Source of the DNA: Eledone cirrhosa
Lineage: Eukaryota
Assembly: GCA_964016885.1 (NCBI GenBank)
Contig: OZ024741.1
Span: 373,364,001 to 373,428,000, forward strand
Length of the DNA stretch: 64,000 nt
Reading direction: 5' to 3'
Shown here: piece by piece, positions 36,672-50,092 of the stretch
How the letters are laid out: every line of letters starts with the position of its first letter
Position numbering within the stretch: the stretch's first letter is position 1
The notes under the pieces: generated by a model
What the model was told of the DNA's origin: nothing
What the model saw: only the letters and a program-made list of their open reading frames with translations
Databases searched by the model: none
Translations under genes and position numbers: made by a program

Positions 36672-38486
36672 AATCCGTACCTGAGGACTGGAGAGATGCA
36701 GTAATGGTGGTCTTGTACAAGGGAAAGGGTAACAGGAATGATTGTGGGAACTACAGAGGTATATCACTGCTTTCAGTCGTAGGGAAAGTTTTATGTAGGA
36801 TGCTTCTGGACCGTCTGCTGACACACATTGCAGATTGTCTTCTTCCTGAAAGTCAATCTGGTTTTCGTGCTGGACACGGCACTACTGATATGATCTTCTC
36901 AGCTAGACAGCTCCAGGAGAAGTGCATGGAACAAGGTTTGGATCTGTATCAGGTTTTGTCGATCTGACAAAAGCTTTCGATATTGTTAACAGAAATGCAT
37001 TATGGAAGGTTCTCCAGAAACTTGGTTGCCCTGATAAGTTGCTTGCTTTAGTTAGGTCTTTCCATGACGACATGAAGGCTTGGGTTAATGTCGGAGGTAA
37101 TAAGTCGGAGCCTATCTCTGTAAAAAATGGAGTGAAACAGGGGGATATTCCAGCACCGACCCTATTACTTTGCAATGGTTTTCTATATTGCATTCAGGAA
37201 TTGCAAGCATGGTGTTTACATCTGATATCGAACCCAGGCAGCATATTTAACATCAGGCGCTTTGCTGCAAAAACAAAAGTATTTACATCAATCATAAGAG
37301 ACCTCTTGTATGCAGATCATTGCGATCTTGTAGCGCACACAGACAGTGATATGCAGCAAATTTTGAATGCATTTTCTGATGCTTGCACTGCCCTAGGATT
37401 GACTGTCAGTCTCAAGAAAACCGTCGTCATGTACCAACCTGCCCCTGGTAAGCAGTACAGTGAACCAAATATCTATGTGTATGGTAAACGACTTGGAGTG
37501 GTTGATCAGTTTGTCTACTACCTGGGAAGCACTGTCAATCGATACAGCAACTTTGATAATGAAATTCTACTCAGGATTAGGAAAGCAAGTGATGCTTTCG
37601 GAAAGCTAGAAAGGCGACTCTGGGGTCGGCGAGACATATGCAAGAAGACAAAGGTAAAGTTGTACAAGGCATGTGTGCTCTCTTCTCTTCTTTATGCCTG
37701 TGAGACCACATATCGACACCACCTTAAGCAATTGGAGCGTTTCCATCAGATGTGTCTCAGACGGATCCATGGCGTTCACTGGAGGGACCACATCAGCGAT
37801 GTCGAGATTTTGGAAAGCTCTAAGTGTGACAGTATAGAAGCTCTTGTGCTTAAGCAACGACTCCGTTGGAGTAGTCACCTTGCTAGGATGAAGGATTCTA
37901 GAATACCAAAACAACTCTTTTATGGAGAGTTAGTTAAAGGAAAACGACCGCCACATAAACCAAAAAAGAGGTATAAGGATTCCTTAAAAGCCTCTTTGAA
38001 AGACGCTAACATCTCTGCTGATACATGGGAAAATGTTGCTGCTGATCATAATAAATGTAGAAAGACTGTATATGAGGGAAAAGTTGCCTTTGAGGCATCT
38101 CGAATCGCATACGAGAAAGTAAAGCGGGATGTGGGGAAGAGCATTGTTGTTGCACTTCCAGACGGCGAAGGTGCTTCTATGGTGCTGACATGCAGCGTCT
38201 GTGCGAGACTCTGTCTAAGCAAAGCTGGACTAAAAGTCATCTTTGCAGTCATAAAGTAAGACCAGTGGTTGACTACCAGGCTGCTGTTGGAGATGCTACT
38301 CATCATGCTTGCCAAACATGTGATAGAGAATGTAAATCAGCAGGAGGGCTCAAGCGACATGCAAAAGTACATGAACTCCAACCACAGTCGGCTATTCCCA
38401 GTGAATGTTTTGGTTGCCGACTCTGTGCAAGACATTTTAGATCATTGGCTGGGCTAAAAAGCCACATTCGATCGCAGCGCTGTTAA
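36672..38486 (+). pseudogene. RTE reverse transcriptase with three C-terminal C2H2-like fingers (frameshifted)
   Basis: ORF segments 36672-36958, 36954-38233 and 38233-38486 join by frameshifts. Confidence 0.85.
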
Positions 38487-38640
38487 TTGCTATCGTGTGT
38501 GTATAGATATGTTTATGTGTGTGTATATATATATGTATATTATTATTATTGTTGTTGTTATTATTATTATTGTTATTATTGTTTTGTTTTTTTTCTTGTG
38601 CAATGGCCATACTCGATAACGAGGGGGCAGCCATCATCAT
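36672..38640 (+). mobile_element. 5'-truncated RTE (BovB-like) LINE in an (ATGT)n tract
   Basis: KGKG..DCGNYRGISLLS, LPESQSGFR, FVDLTKAFD, GVKQG, LLYADH, LLYACET motifs; (CAT)n tail; imperfect TSD tgtatgc(a/c)tttatgtatg. Confidence 0.92.
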
Positions 38641-38884
38641 GTATGCCTTTATGTATGTATTTATGCAAGCATGCATTTATACATGTATGCATGTAAGTAT
38701 GTATGTATGCATGTATATAGATATATTTATTCATACATAGAGCAAGTTCTATTATATTTCATATATTTCAATGAATAACAAAAGAACAAAATGACTGACA
38801 TGCTACAGCAAGAAACATCTGTTTTCTATTGTTTGTGATAAAGCTATGAATTCTTGTTCCTTTGCATTATTCCTATATATTATA

Positions 38885-39517
38885 ATAATTGTTTCTACTA
38901 TAAGCATAAGGCCAGCAATTTGGAGGAAGGGAAAGTCGATTAAATCAATACCAGTGCATTACTGGTACTTTATTTTATCAACCCTGTAAGGATGAAAGGC
39001 AAAGTTAACCTCGGCGGGATTTGAACTCAGAAAGTAAAGGGCTATAATTCTATGCTGCAAAGCATGGTGTCTGACACTCTACCAATACTGCCAATCCACC
39101 ACTATAATAATAATAATAATAATGATAATAATAATAATTGTTTCTACTATTGGCACATTACTGGTACTTTATTTTATCGACACCCATAAGGATGAAAGGC
39201 AAAGTAAACCTCGGCGGGAGTTGAACTCAGACCATAAAGGGGCGTAACTCTATGCTGCAAAACATGGCGTCCAACCTTCTACTGATACTGCCAATCCCAA
39301 TAATAATAATGATAACAAAGATAATAATAATTGTTTCTACTTTAGGCACAAGGCCAGCAATTAACCAGTGCATTACTGGTACTTTATTTTATCGACCCCG
39401 TAAGGATGAAAAGCAAAGTAAACCTCGGCGGGATTTGAACTCAGACCGTAAAGGGACGTAACTATGCTGGAAAGCATGGCGTCCGACTCTCTACCGATAC
39501 TGCCAATCCACCACCGC
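38885..39517 (-). mobile_element. Three tandem (ATT)n-tailed SINEs
   Basis: Reverse complement of the 19180 family. Confidence 0.8.
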
Positions 39518-40927
39518 TTGATAATAATAATAATCATCATTATTACTATCTCATTACTCAAAGACATAACTGTTTCTGCTGTGTATGTCACCATTTGTAA
39601 GGTGTTGATGTACTTTAGATTGATGCCACTTGACATTAACGGTCAGCTTGGATCCTGTAAACAACTCACTATGAAAGATATTCACTTAATTTATTTCTCA
39701 ATTGATAATCAATAATTTAAATGTTTCTCCGCATTATATTTAGCACTTTAACACTTTCGTTTTGCAGCAGTTGCAACTTGCAGAGGTCGCGTCTTTTCTG
39801 GCTTCACCTTATCTGTCTATCTGTCTGTTTGCCAGCTTGCCTGCCTGCCTGTCTATTTATCTACTTGTTACTATGTATCCAAATATATACAAGTAATTGT
39901 TTTAAATTACCTGTTCTCACCAACCTGATGTTTCTGGATTTAATATCAAAATACATTTCAATTCATGTTGAAAGACAATACAATTTAATTATAAAATTAA
40001 CATTAAATACTATAGCATAAACTTGGGCTTGCATGTAGTGCTTGTGGTAGTGGGGATGATGGTGGAGGTGGTAGAATTTGTTAATTAATGCTTTTAATAT
40101 CAACATGCTTGAAACTGCCCTTGGTTTTTTAATACAAAACTGCTCATTTTTTTGAAAGTGTTCATATCTAAATTAAAACGTTTCAACATAATTTCATAAA
40201 AGCACTTTTTGTTAAGTACATGTTCTTCTTTGCCCAATTATTCCTGAGAGGGTCGTGGGGGCTGAGTTCTCAAACTCTCCTTCCAACAGGTTCTGTCAGA
40301 AGCAACCATCTCCAACTGATCTGGCTGGATCCCCAAGCATGACCAACCGATGTTCATGGATGTTATCCAAACATTAATTTATTAATGAGAAAGTTAAGTT
40401 AAATGATTAAATTCCTCCAAATTTTTGATTATTTTCAGAATATATGTGAAATATGTATTTCATTAGAAATATAGTAACAAAAGGTTAAAGATGTTGTTAG
40501 TGTTGTTGGTCTTGTTTAGCTCTACATAAGCAGATTTTACTGGCTCATCAGCTCAATCAGTTCATAAATATATTTAGAAGAGCCATGATGAAGGTGATTT
40601 GCATTTAACTCTTTTATCACCATATTTCCAATGAAATATACTGAAAATAATTTTGAAATCAAAAATTTGAGGGATTTAGTAATATATGTAAATTTCTCAT
40701 TATTAAGAGGTTGTTTGAAGCATAATTTAAGAAAGTTTCTTATATAAAATTATAACAGAAGGTTTTTAGAAAAATAAACATTTTAAAATAATATATTCAG
40801 GCAGTTTATTATGAAAAGAGTTAAATCGTAGTAATACAGCATCCCTCCTTCTCAATCAAGATTGCTGCGAATGGGTAATTGATGCTGAGAGTGTTCAGCT
40901 TAGAATATGTACTCTATAACTCCTATG

Positions 40928-41315
40928 AAGGCACACGGCTTAGTGGTTAGAGCATTGGGCTTGCAATCAAAAGGTTGTGAGTGCAATTCTTGGACCGGGT
41001 GATGTGTTGTTTCCTTCAGCAAGACACTTTATTTCACATTGCTCCAGTTTACTTAGCTGTAGAAATGAGATGATAGGACTGGGGTCCATATCATTCCACT
41101 GCAAAGTGGTCGTGTAGGTGCCACGGAAAAAAACCACCCAGCACTCACTGTAAATGAGGTTGATGTTAGGAAGGGCATCCAGCTGTAGAAATCAAGCCAG
41201 AATCAGTTCCTGTATGAGCAAGACAAGGTCAGCTGACCGGACACTGCTCACAACAGGACAACCAGTCTAACCAATACTAGCGTGGAAGAACGGACGTAAA
41301 ACGGTGATGATGATG
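40928..41315 (+). mobile_element. Full-length tRNA-derived SINE with RTE tail
   Basis: Homologous to 5878-6216. Confidence 0.85.
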
Positions 41316-41344
41316 AACTCTGCATGTCATAAAATCTAAAGTCT

Positions 41345-41596
41345 GCCTCAAGCCCGGAGGCTCATCAGACATGTGCTTATCCTAGTTTCTGTGGTTTGAA
41401 TCAACTGAGAGTACAAGATTCCCCCATGGACAGGATGCCAGTCCATCACAGGGTTAAACTCCCAGCTACAGCAGGTACTCATTACACGAGCAATGTGAAA
41501 TGAAGTGTTTTGCTCAAAAACACAGCATATAACCCAGTCCAGGAATTGAATCCATTGTAAGCACAACACTCTTACCATATGGCAATGTGCCTCCAC
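41345..41596 (-). mobile_element. tRNA-derived SINE
   Basis: Ends in atgtgcctcc (reverse of ggaggcacat head); body shared with 17415-18057 and 35430-35710. Confidence 0.7.
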
Positions 41597-41809
41597 TCAT
41601 GTCATGAGAGGCAACTAAAAGATTTTAGCAAAATTTGAACTCATGTTGTTGGGCAGACTTATGATCAAATGCAATCTAACTTGACCATCCCATCTTTTAC
41701 CTATGTGATTGGAGTTCAGGACCACATTAGTAAGAGTAAGATTTGAGGGTGATTTGACTATTATTTTTATCAAGTCAAACATTCACATAGTCTTCCTTGT
41801 TGGCTCATA

Positions 41810-42428
41810 TAGCATCATGTAGTAACACAGTATCACTTAGTAGCATGGAGTGTCTTACAGTGCCATGGGGCAACATGTAGAAGTATGTAATATCATAATA
41901 TCATTTAACAGCATGTAACATGTAGCAACATGTAAGCATGAAGTAGCATGATGTAATAACATACAGTGTCATGTAATATCATATGTGATGCAACATGTAG
42001 TATTATGCAGTAGCATGCAGTGTCCTGTAGTAGCCTATAGTGCCATGCAGCAACATATATCATATAGCATCATGTAGTAATATATAGTATCATGTAGTAT
42101 GATGAATAACATATAGTATGATATACTAGCATGTAGTATGATGTAGTATGCTGTAGTATTATTTAGTTGCATGTAGTATGAAGTAGTGTGGCATAGTGCC
42201 ATATAGTATGATATAGTGCCATGTAGAAGTATGTAATATCATGTAGTATGATATAGTGTCATGTAGTATGGGGCAGTATCATGTAGCATTGTATAGTGTA
42301 ATTTAGTATGGTATAGTACCATGTAGTATGATGTAGTATCATGTAGCGTGGTATAGCATCATATAGTGTGGTATCATACCGTATGGTAGTCTAGTGCCAT
42401 GAAGTATGTAATATGATGAAGTGTCATG
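41810..42428. repeat. Degenerate ~10-bp minisatellite (ATGTAGTATG/C)
   Basis: Direct inspection of the periodicity. Confidence 0.85.
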
Positions 42429-42779
42429 CGAAATAGAAGAAATATGTATTTGAGAAAGTAAACAAATTATTGATCTCTGCGCTTTTCTTGAAAGAATAAA
42501 TAAATAACTACAAATGCTGATTCAATATCTAGCAGCTCGCGTTCCTGACACCATAGAAGAGACACATTGTATTATACTAAATTTCTTAAAAACTTAGCAG
42601 ACATATTATATTTACTTCTGTTTATTGTCTTTTCTGTTAACTTTAACCCCTAAAAGCTTCCCTTTTTGGTTATCACTTAATTTTACGAGTGAGCATTACA
42701 AATAATTCTTTAACTAGTTTTGAAAAGGCTCACTCGTGGTATATTATTCAACTTATAATTACTAGGGAGTAACACTGTA

Positions 42780-43048
42780 TTAACTCTTTTATTACTATAT
42801 TTCTAATGAAGTACACCGCTTATGTGTTTTAATTAATTTTGAAAATAAAAAACAATTAAAAGAAACTGGAAGAATTTAATAAAATAACTAACTTTTTCAT
42901 TAGTAAGATGATATTTAGAACATTACTTAACAAAATTTTTTTAATTAAATTATGATGGAATATAAGTAATGAACATTTTTTTAATTAGCAGATTTGTATC
43001 ATAAAACCTGGGGGCGGTTTCAGGCAGTTTGTTAACAAAAGGGTTTAA
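42780..43048. mobile_element. TTAA-flanked MITE
   Basis: TTAA-CTCTTTT ... AACAAAAGGG-T-TTAA; related copies near 40605-40824, 45630-45806, 48793, 51050-51700 and 61759-62139. Confidence 0.55.
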
Positions 43049-43711
43049 GTCTTTTAGTTATTATATAGAAGTCAAATATAGAACACACAAATATACTTTT
43101 CCCCAGACTGTTTTGTTACACTCTGTCATTCATTTTCTGCAGGTTTAATGCAGATGTTATGTATGCATTGCCATGCAGCATACATCGAGATGTTGGAGAT
43201 TAAATGCTCAGACAGTGATTATCTTCTTTCTTCTTGACGCAACCATATCATGAGTAGCAGTTTTAAAATACAGATTAAAAAATAACATAAAAATGTGCCT
43301 TCTGAAAGATATTGGAAGAATTATGATAATCTAATAGCTGGTTATGAGCAGATGGAAATATTTCACAAATTTAGATGCCAATCTCTTTATTGACATCACT
43401 CTGAATTGCTCACTTTTAACAGCGGCAGCAAGTTATTCCATCACCTGTGGCAAACCATGACTAAATAAATAAATAAATATAACACAGTGGAAATCTTTGT
43501 AAAATTTCCAAACAAAACTTAATATAGTATCATTCAGTTACTTCTTTTGTTTTGTTGTTTTTTGTAATCTATTTTAGTTAGGCTATTGTTGATAGAGAAG
43601 TGTTAACATTCTGAGTGATGGGGACAATAAATTTAACCATTTTATAACATATATTTAATGACTATGATTTTCAAATAACGTTGAAAATAAACAAGAATTT
43701 GGAGAGATTCA

Positions 43712-44008
43712 GTTCCCATGACTTTTGGAAACATTTTTTCATGCTCAGAGTTGCTGAAGCATGGAACAAACTACCTGCATCAGTTGTTAGCTGTCGAGAC
43801 ACTGCATCCTTTAAGGCCTCCATGCTTCCCGAGATCCGCCAACACTACAGCTAATGTTCCCCCTCCATACACATACACACATGTATATCATGACTCATAC
43901 ACTATTCACTTCTCTGACATTTGTGTATTATTCTATGTACTATACATACACCTTTGACGAGTTGTAGTGCACCTGAGCACTTTACACAATAATTTCATTA
44001 TTATTATA
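43712..44008 (+). mobile_element. CR1/L2-type LINE 3' end
   Basis: KHFFMLRVAEAWNKLPASVV...SFK C-terminal motif, 3' UTR and (TTA)n tail. Confidence 0.75.
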
Positions 44009-44402
44009 ATATAACTAATTTTCTAATTATTAAGCTGATGTTTGAAATATAACAAAGGTTCTTACATAAAATTATGATGAAAGGTTTATGAAGAAATATA
44101 AAATGTGGTTGGCATTAGGAAGGGCATCCAGTTGTAGAAACCAAGCCAGAAATGGTTCTGTGTGAACAAGACAGTCATCTGCTCCGACTCGTCTCACAAT
44201 GGGACAACCTATCTAACCCATGCTAGCATAGAAAATGGATGTTAAACAGTGATGATGATTATGATAAACATTTTAAAATAAAAACTGTTTGGTATTGTAG
44301 AACCAGTGATGGTTTCAGACAGTTTTGTATCAAACGGGATAATTGATTAAGGCTATAACTGTATCGAGGACAGGTTAAGATTGTTGCCAGATAAGGCTTA
44401 GA

Positions 44403-44754
44403 TTAACCCTTTAGCATTTAAACTGGCTGTAACCTGCCAGAATTCTCTCACCTCTTTTTGTTTAAACCGGCCATAACTGGTCACTTATACCGATGTTAAG
44501 GTATTGTTCTCAAAATAAATGATTGTTTCTACTTTTGGTACAAGGCCAGCAATTATCCCAGTGCATTAATGGTACTTTATTTTATCGACCCCGTAAGGAT
44601 GAAAGGCAATCTACCGCCCTTAAAATAAATAATATCAAAATAATATCTCAAAATAAATAATAGATTTGATATTATATGAGATAATTTTGTGAGAAAGCCT
44701 TTACCGTGAAAATGCAATAGTAAATATAGAATAATGTAAATGCTAAAGGGTTAA
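44403..44754. mobile_element. TTAA-flanked piggyBac-type MITE with a SINE fragment inserted (44520-44620)
   Basis: TTAA-CCCTTTAGCATTTA ... TAAATGCTAAAGGG-TTAA, perfect 14-bp TIR. Confidence 0.8.
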
Positions 44755-44929
44755 ATCAAACATAGAAAGGTGAAATTCAGCAGAATGAACAATGTTATAA
44801 AACTTCAATATGCAGTAATAACAGAATAAAACTAACAATTTTTGTCAATTAAATGTATAAAAGGACATTTGATTCATCATCATCATTGTCATCATAACTG
44901 TCATCGTTAATGACTGCATATTGTTGTTG

Positions 44930-45335
44930 TAGGCAGCAAATTAGGAGAGTCATTAGAACATTAGGTAGAATGCTTTGTGGTATTCATTCAAGCTCTCTGA
45001 TTCTGGGTTCAAATCCCATCAAGGTTAGCTTTGCCTTTCATCCCTACACACTCAGTAAAAGTACCAGTAACACACAAAGGTCGATTTAATCGACTCCCCA
45101 CCCCCATTCAAAATTGTTGTTCTTGTGCTTAAATCAAACAATTATAGGGCGGTGGACTAGCTGTATCAGTAGAGCCTAAGACACCATACGTTGCAGCACA
45201 GAGTTATGGCCCTTTACATTCTGAGTTTAAATCCCGTCGAGGTTAGCTTTGCCTTTCATTCTTACAGGGTCAATAAAATAAAGTACCAGTAATGCACTGG
45301 GATAATTGTTGGCCTAGTGCCAAAAGTAGAAACAA
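44930..45335 (+). mobile_element. Two tandem (ATT)n-tailed family SINEs
   Basis: Same core as the 19180 family. Confidence 0.7.
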
Positions 45336-47047
45336 ATTAAAAATTAATGTGTTTATTCCAATGCAGCAAATTTTCACAATTATCTGTCCACTACTAAAGA
45401 CACTATAAACATTTGAATTAACAAAATCATTTTAAAACATATTTTCTGCTAAATCACTACAGGATATTAATCGACTTTTTCCAAAAGAATTTCTGGCCTA
45501 TTAGTAGAAACCATTATTGTTGTCATTACGGGGTCGATAAAATAAAGTACCAGTAATACACTAGGATAATTGCTGGCCTTGTGCCAAAAAGTAGAAACAA
45601 TTATTGTTGTTGTCATTTATATGATGGCTATGAACCCTATCATTACCATATTTCTAATGATATATATTTCAATCAATTAGTGAAGAATTTTGAGGGATTT
45701 CCTAAAATTAATTATTTCATTATTATTAAGATTTGTAGTCAATAAATTAAACAATTATTAGCTTTGTTTCACAGAACCTGATGTGGGTTGATATCAAAAG
45801 GGTTAAAAGATTCCTTACTATTACTAATTTTTCTGTATGTATGTGAGAGAAAGGAGAGAGAGAGAGGGAGAGAATGTGTGTGTGTGTTTACTCCTTTTGA
45901 TACTACCTCTGTTGTAAATATTCTTGTATGTAAGAAAGTGTATGAGTAATTACAGATGATTATAAACATAATCCCTCCTAGGTGAAGAACATATTCCTCA
46001 TCATAAATTGGAGGCTGGAAACTTTTGATTTAGAAAGTAATATCAAGGAATTATTTCAGAAAGATAAGCAGGAAGCTAAAGAACAGGTTTATATAACCAG
46101 AGTATAACAGAGAATAAGAGATTTACTAATGTTACCTGCTGTAGGGAATATTGTTATGATCTTGGATCCAAGATGTTTGAAATAATACTAGAATGCTTAG
46201 CATCATTTGAAGATAAGAAGAAAAGATATGGAAGGAAGGAAAGAACTCTCTTTAGAAAGAACTAACCATGGGTTCACATCTCTGAGAGACAAACCTGAGC
46301 AGGGTTTGTAGAAGACCTGCAGTCATCCATGCCTGCAAGTTTCCCTACTCTACAACACCAATATTATCCAATAAAGCTTGGCACCAGTGTCCTCACAACT
46401 TATTTCATCCAGCTGAGTGGTCTGGAGCAATATGAAATAAGATGTCTTACTCAAGAACACAATGCACCACTTGGTTTAGGAATTAAACTCACAAACTTAC
46501 AAACATGAGTCCAGTACTCTAACCACTAAGTCATATATCTTCACATGTTACAATGAGAAGTTGATAAATTATAATTAGAAACTACAGTAAAGTAAGAACC
46601 TACCCTAAAGGGAACCAGTGGCAGGAGGAGTAGTTTTGGAGATTAGTTCATGAGATGGAGAATTATCAGGATTTGTAGATATTATGGCTGTTTTAATGGA
46701 TATGTTAATCAGATAGTACAGAAAAGAGCTGTCCCCAATGATCTATACATTAATATCACAGTAAATATCTCTACATGACATTTCCAGTGGCCTCAGGTTG
46801 TTGAGGTAGTCTTAACAAAATTAGTTCAAGATAAAAACATGAAGCGTGATACAAACCAAATTGATAACAATAATACTGAGATATAACTTGCTGCCTATAA
46901 TACTGAGATATAACTGGCAGCTGTTAAAAACAAATACAAGATGAGTGAAGGATACAAACAGCTCAAAACATATATTTACAAGATTTATAGATAACTTCAA
47001 TATTTACACAAGCCACTAAATGAAATAATTATCATGATATGAGTTGA

Positions 47048-47460
47048 AAGGGCAGTGGATTGCATTGGACAACATACTTTGCAGCATATAGTTATGTCCC
47101 TTTATGTTCCGAGTTCTAATTCCACCAAGGTTAGCTTTGCCCTTCATCCTTATGGGGGTCAATAAAATAAAGTAACAGTAATGCACTGGGGTTAATTTAA
47201 TGGACTTTTCCAAATTGTTGGCCTTGTGCCTAAATCAGAAACCATTATTATATGAGTTGATATGAAGGGCAGTGGATTGGCAGTATCAGTAGACCATCAG
47301 ACACGATGTTTTGCAGCATAGAGATACGGCCCTTTGCATTCCGAGTTCAAATCCCGCCAAGGTTAACTTTGCCTTTCACCCTTATGGAGTCGATAAAAAA
47401 AAACACCAGTAATGCACTGGAGTAATTGCTGGCCTTGTGCCAAATGTAGAAACCATTATT
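47048..47460 (+). mobile_element. Two tandem (ATT)n-tailed SINEs
   Basis: Same family; each unit preceded or followed by atatgagttga. Confidence 0.8.
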
Positions 47461-48107
47461 ATATGAGTTGATACAAAACCTACTGTATTAAAGTTACCTT
47501 AATCATTCAAGTTTATAAAGAACACCTAGCAGCAAATTGTAGTTCCCAGATTTGGGACATTAACTTAACATCTTGTCATGAATTAGCAGAAAATATCTAA
47601 CAGCAGGTTTCTGAATTAAAATGTTTACAGTATCTTTTCAAGAATTTCTTGCTAATGTGGTTTCATGTAGTTTGTTAATTCGTATGTTTATAGTATTTTT
47701 ACTAGTGGACAGATCATTGTGAAAATTTGTAGTAAACTAAAGAAAAGTTTTTAATTTTTGATACAATGCAGTCATAGTAGTGCCGTTTTTAATTTTTCAA
47801 AAACATTTTGCTAATGCGATTTCATGCGGTACAGGACATTAATGGTTAAATGTCCTGCTGCATTGTTTTGCAGTTAGAATTCAACAACAGATGGGAGTAA
47901 CAGAGATCGATTGAAATGAGAACATACAGTTAAAATGGGTTGCCTCTCTCTTAAAATAAAAACAAAAAATAAACATAAAGAGACTGTTGAATAACATTGG
48001 ACAAATGGATTCGAAAATTAAATGCTAAGTGAATAATTAAGTCCCAAACCACCTGCTACAACTTATCATAGACTATCTAAAATATATAAAACCACCAGAA
48101 AGAGACA

Positions 48108-48768
48108 TCTATATATAATATAAAAGAAAGATGTTGGTTGGTTGAATCACACGAAAACCACACACACACACATCTAAAGAGAGAGAGAGAGAGAGGGAGA
48201 GAGAGAGAGAGACAGAGGGAGAGGTAGAAAGAGAGAGATACAATTAAAGTGTTAGATATTCAGAAAGAGAGGGCAAGAAATGTCCCACGAAAGTCTAGAA
48301 ACGGCTTAAACTATGGATCCTTTGATCTATAGGTTTAACAATATTGCGTTAGCTTTTATAAAGTCGTTTTACAATCTTTGATTTTACAGAACAAAAAAAA
48401 AAATCGATACTATTTGAAATTAATCTACCCTCCAGCTTTTATCCATATACTACTTACAGACCGTACTAACAAAGCTAAACACTTCAGAAGCAAAGTTATG
48501 TGGTATATTGCATATAATGTTATATGTCCTTTGGAGCTGAAAAAGATCATACTGACTATGGTTATTTCACAACATTTAAAATCCAAGGCCAATGCTACCA
48601 TTTAATCGACAGTTTACTTCCCCAGCCTAATAAGGAAGTTTTATGTTTTTTTTGTTTTTTTTATGTCTCTCTCACATACACACATTATGATCTCGCCACA
48701 CACCAGACAACACATCCAGTACAGTCGTTTCCTCTGTTCTCCCGGGCGATGCTGGGTACCTTAGCTAG
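48108..48768 (+). mobile_element. Non-autonomous Helitron with RepHel remnant
   Basis: A|TC start, GC-rich hairpin cccgggcgatgctggg then CTAG|T end; SFGA..TFKIQGQCYHLIDSLLP resembles the conserved Helitron N-terminal region. Confidence 0.8.
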
Positions 48769-48989
48769 TTCATATATAAATCAAAATTATCTTTAACCCT
48801 TTCGTTGCCATATTCTAATCAAGAATATGGAGGGATTTAGTAATATAACTAACTTTCTCATTATTAAACTGATGTTTGGAGCATAATTTACCAAAGGTTC
48901 TGACATAACAAATTTAGAGGTAAGTTGCTTGGTGTTTTTGACAGTAAGGATGAGAAAATAGAGACATAATTTAGATGAGTAGTGGCAAT

Positions 48990-50092
48990 TCCTGAAAGAT
49001 AACCTAATGAAAGGTGTGATTAGAGCAGGTCTCTAGGGAGAAGGAGAGTAACTTGGTGGTGGAACAGTTGAGTGGAGGAGATAATTAAGGCCAAAAGATA
49101 GGAATGGAAAGAATGGTGGTATGGGAGAAGCAGAGAATGCTAACAGGAGGCTAGGAGAGAAGCCAGGTGACAAGTGTACGCATGTTCTGCAATACAAGGA
49201 CTAAAATCATCAGGTGTTCAAGATTGTGAGGCAATGTGTCAGAGAAAATTGTGATGTTGTTGGGGAGAAGTATGTCTGTGATGATAATGGTGTGCAGATT
49301 GTATGATGTACGTATACAACCAGCAATGTTGCATGATAGTGAGACCTGGGTGTTGTGTGTAGAGGACCTGCAGCGTTTGGAAAGAAATGAAGCCTGCATA
49401 TTCCAATGGATGCGTAATAGTAATAAACATGAACAGCAAAGCGTAAATGAACTGAGAAATGTGCATAAGAGGGATCAGATGCAGTGTGCTAAAGAGGAGA
49501 TTACATTGATATGGTCATGTGATGCATATTAAGGATGACAGCTGTATAAAAAGGTGCAGGGTAATCAAAGTTGATGGAAACTATGGAGTAGGAAGACTTG
49601 GGATGAGGTGATAAAAGCTGATCTTGCACAATTGCACCTCTCAAAGGCAATGACAGATGATTGAGATCTTTGGCATTATGCAGTAATACAGAAGACTTGC
49701 CTTCCCATGTGCACAGATTGAAACATACATCTAGTATGTACTACTTAACCACTATCCTCCTCCTCCCTTCCATACATCTCCTACGCCCTCTCACCCAACC
49801 CACATCCAGCTCACCCCACCCTTCTCCCACACCGCCTGCCACAATCTCCATTCTACACTGTAAAGTAGTCGTTTTGATGCCACAACAAAAAGCACTCAGC
49901 CCATACTGTAAAGTGATTGTGTAGGTGTCACAATAAAAAGCACCCAGGACACACTGTAAATATGGTTGGTGTTATGAAGTGCATCCACCTGTAGAATCCA
50001 AGCTAGAAACAGTTCTGACTTGCCTCAAATGAGATAAACATCTAACCCATGCTAGCATGGAAAATAGACTTTAAGTGATGATGATGAAGATG
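48990..50092 (+). mobile_element. Decayed, internally deleted RTE LINE
   Basis: RLYDVRIQPAMLHDSETW..LERNEAC matches the 8795-9457 family; shared tail. Confidence 0.75.
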
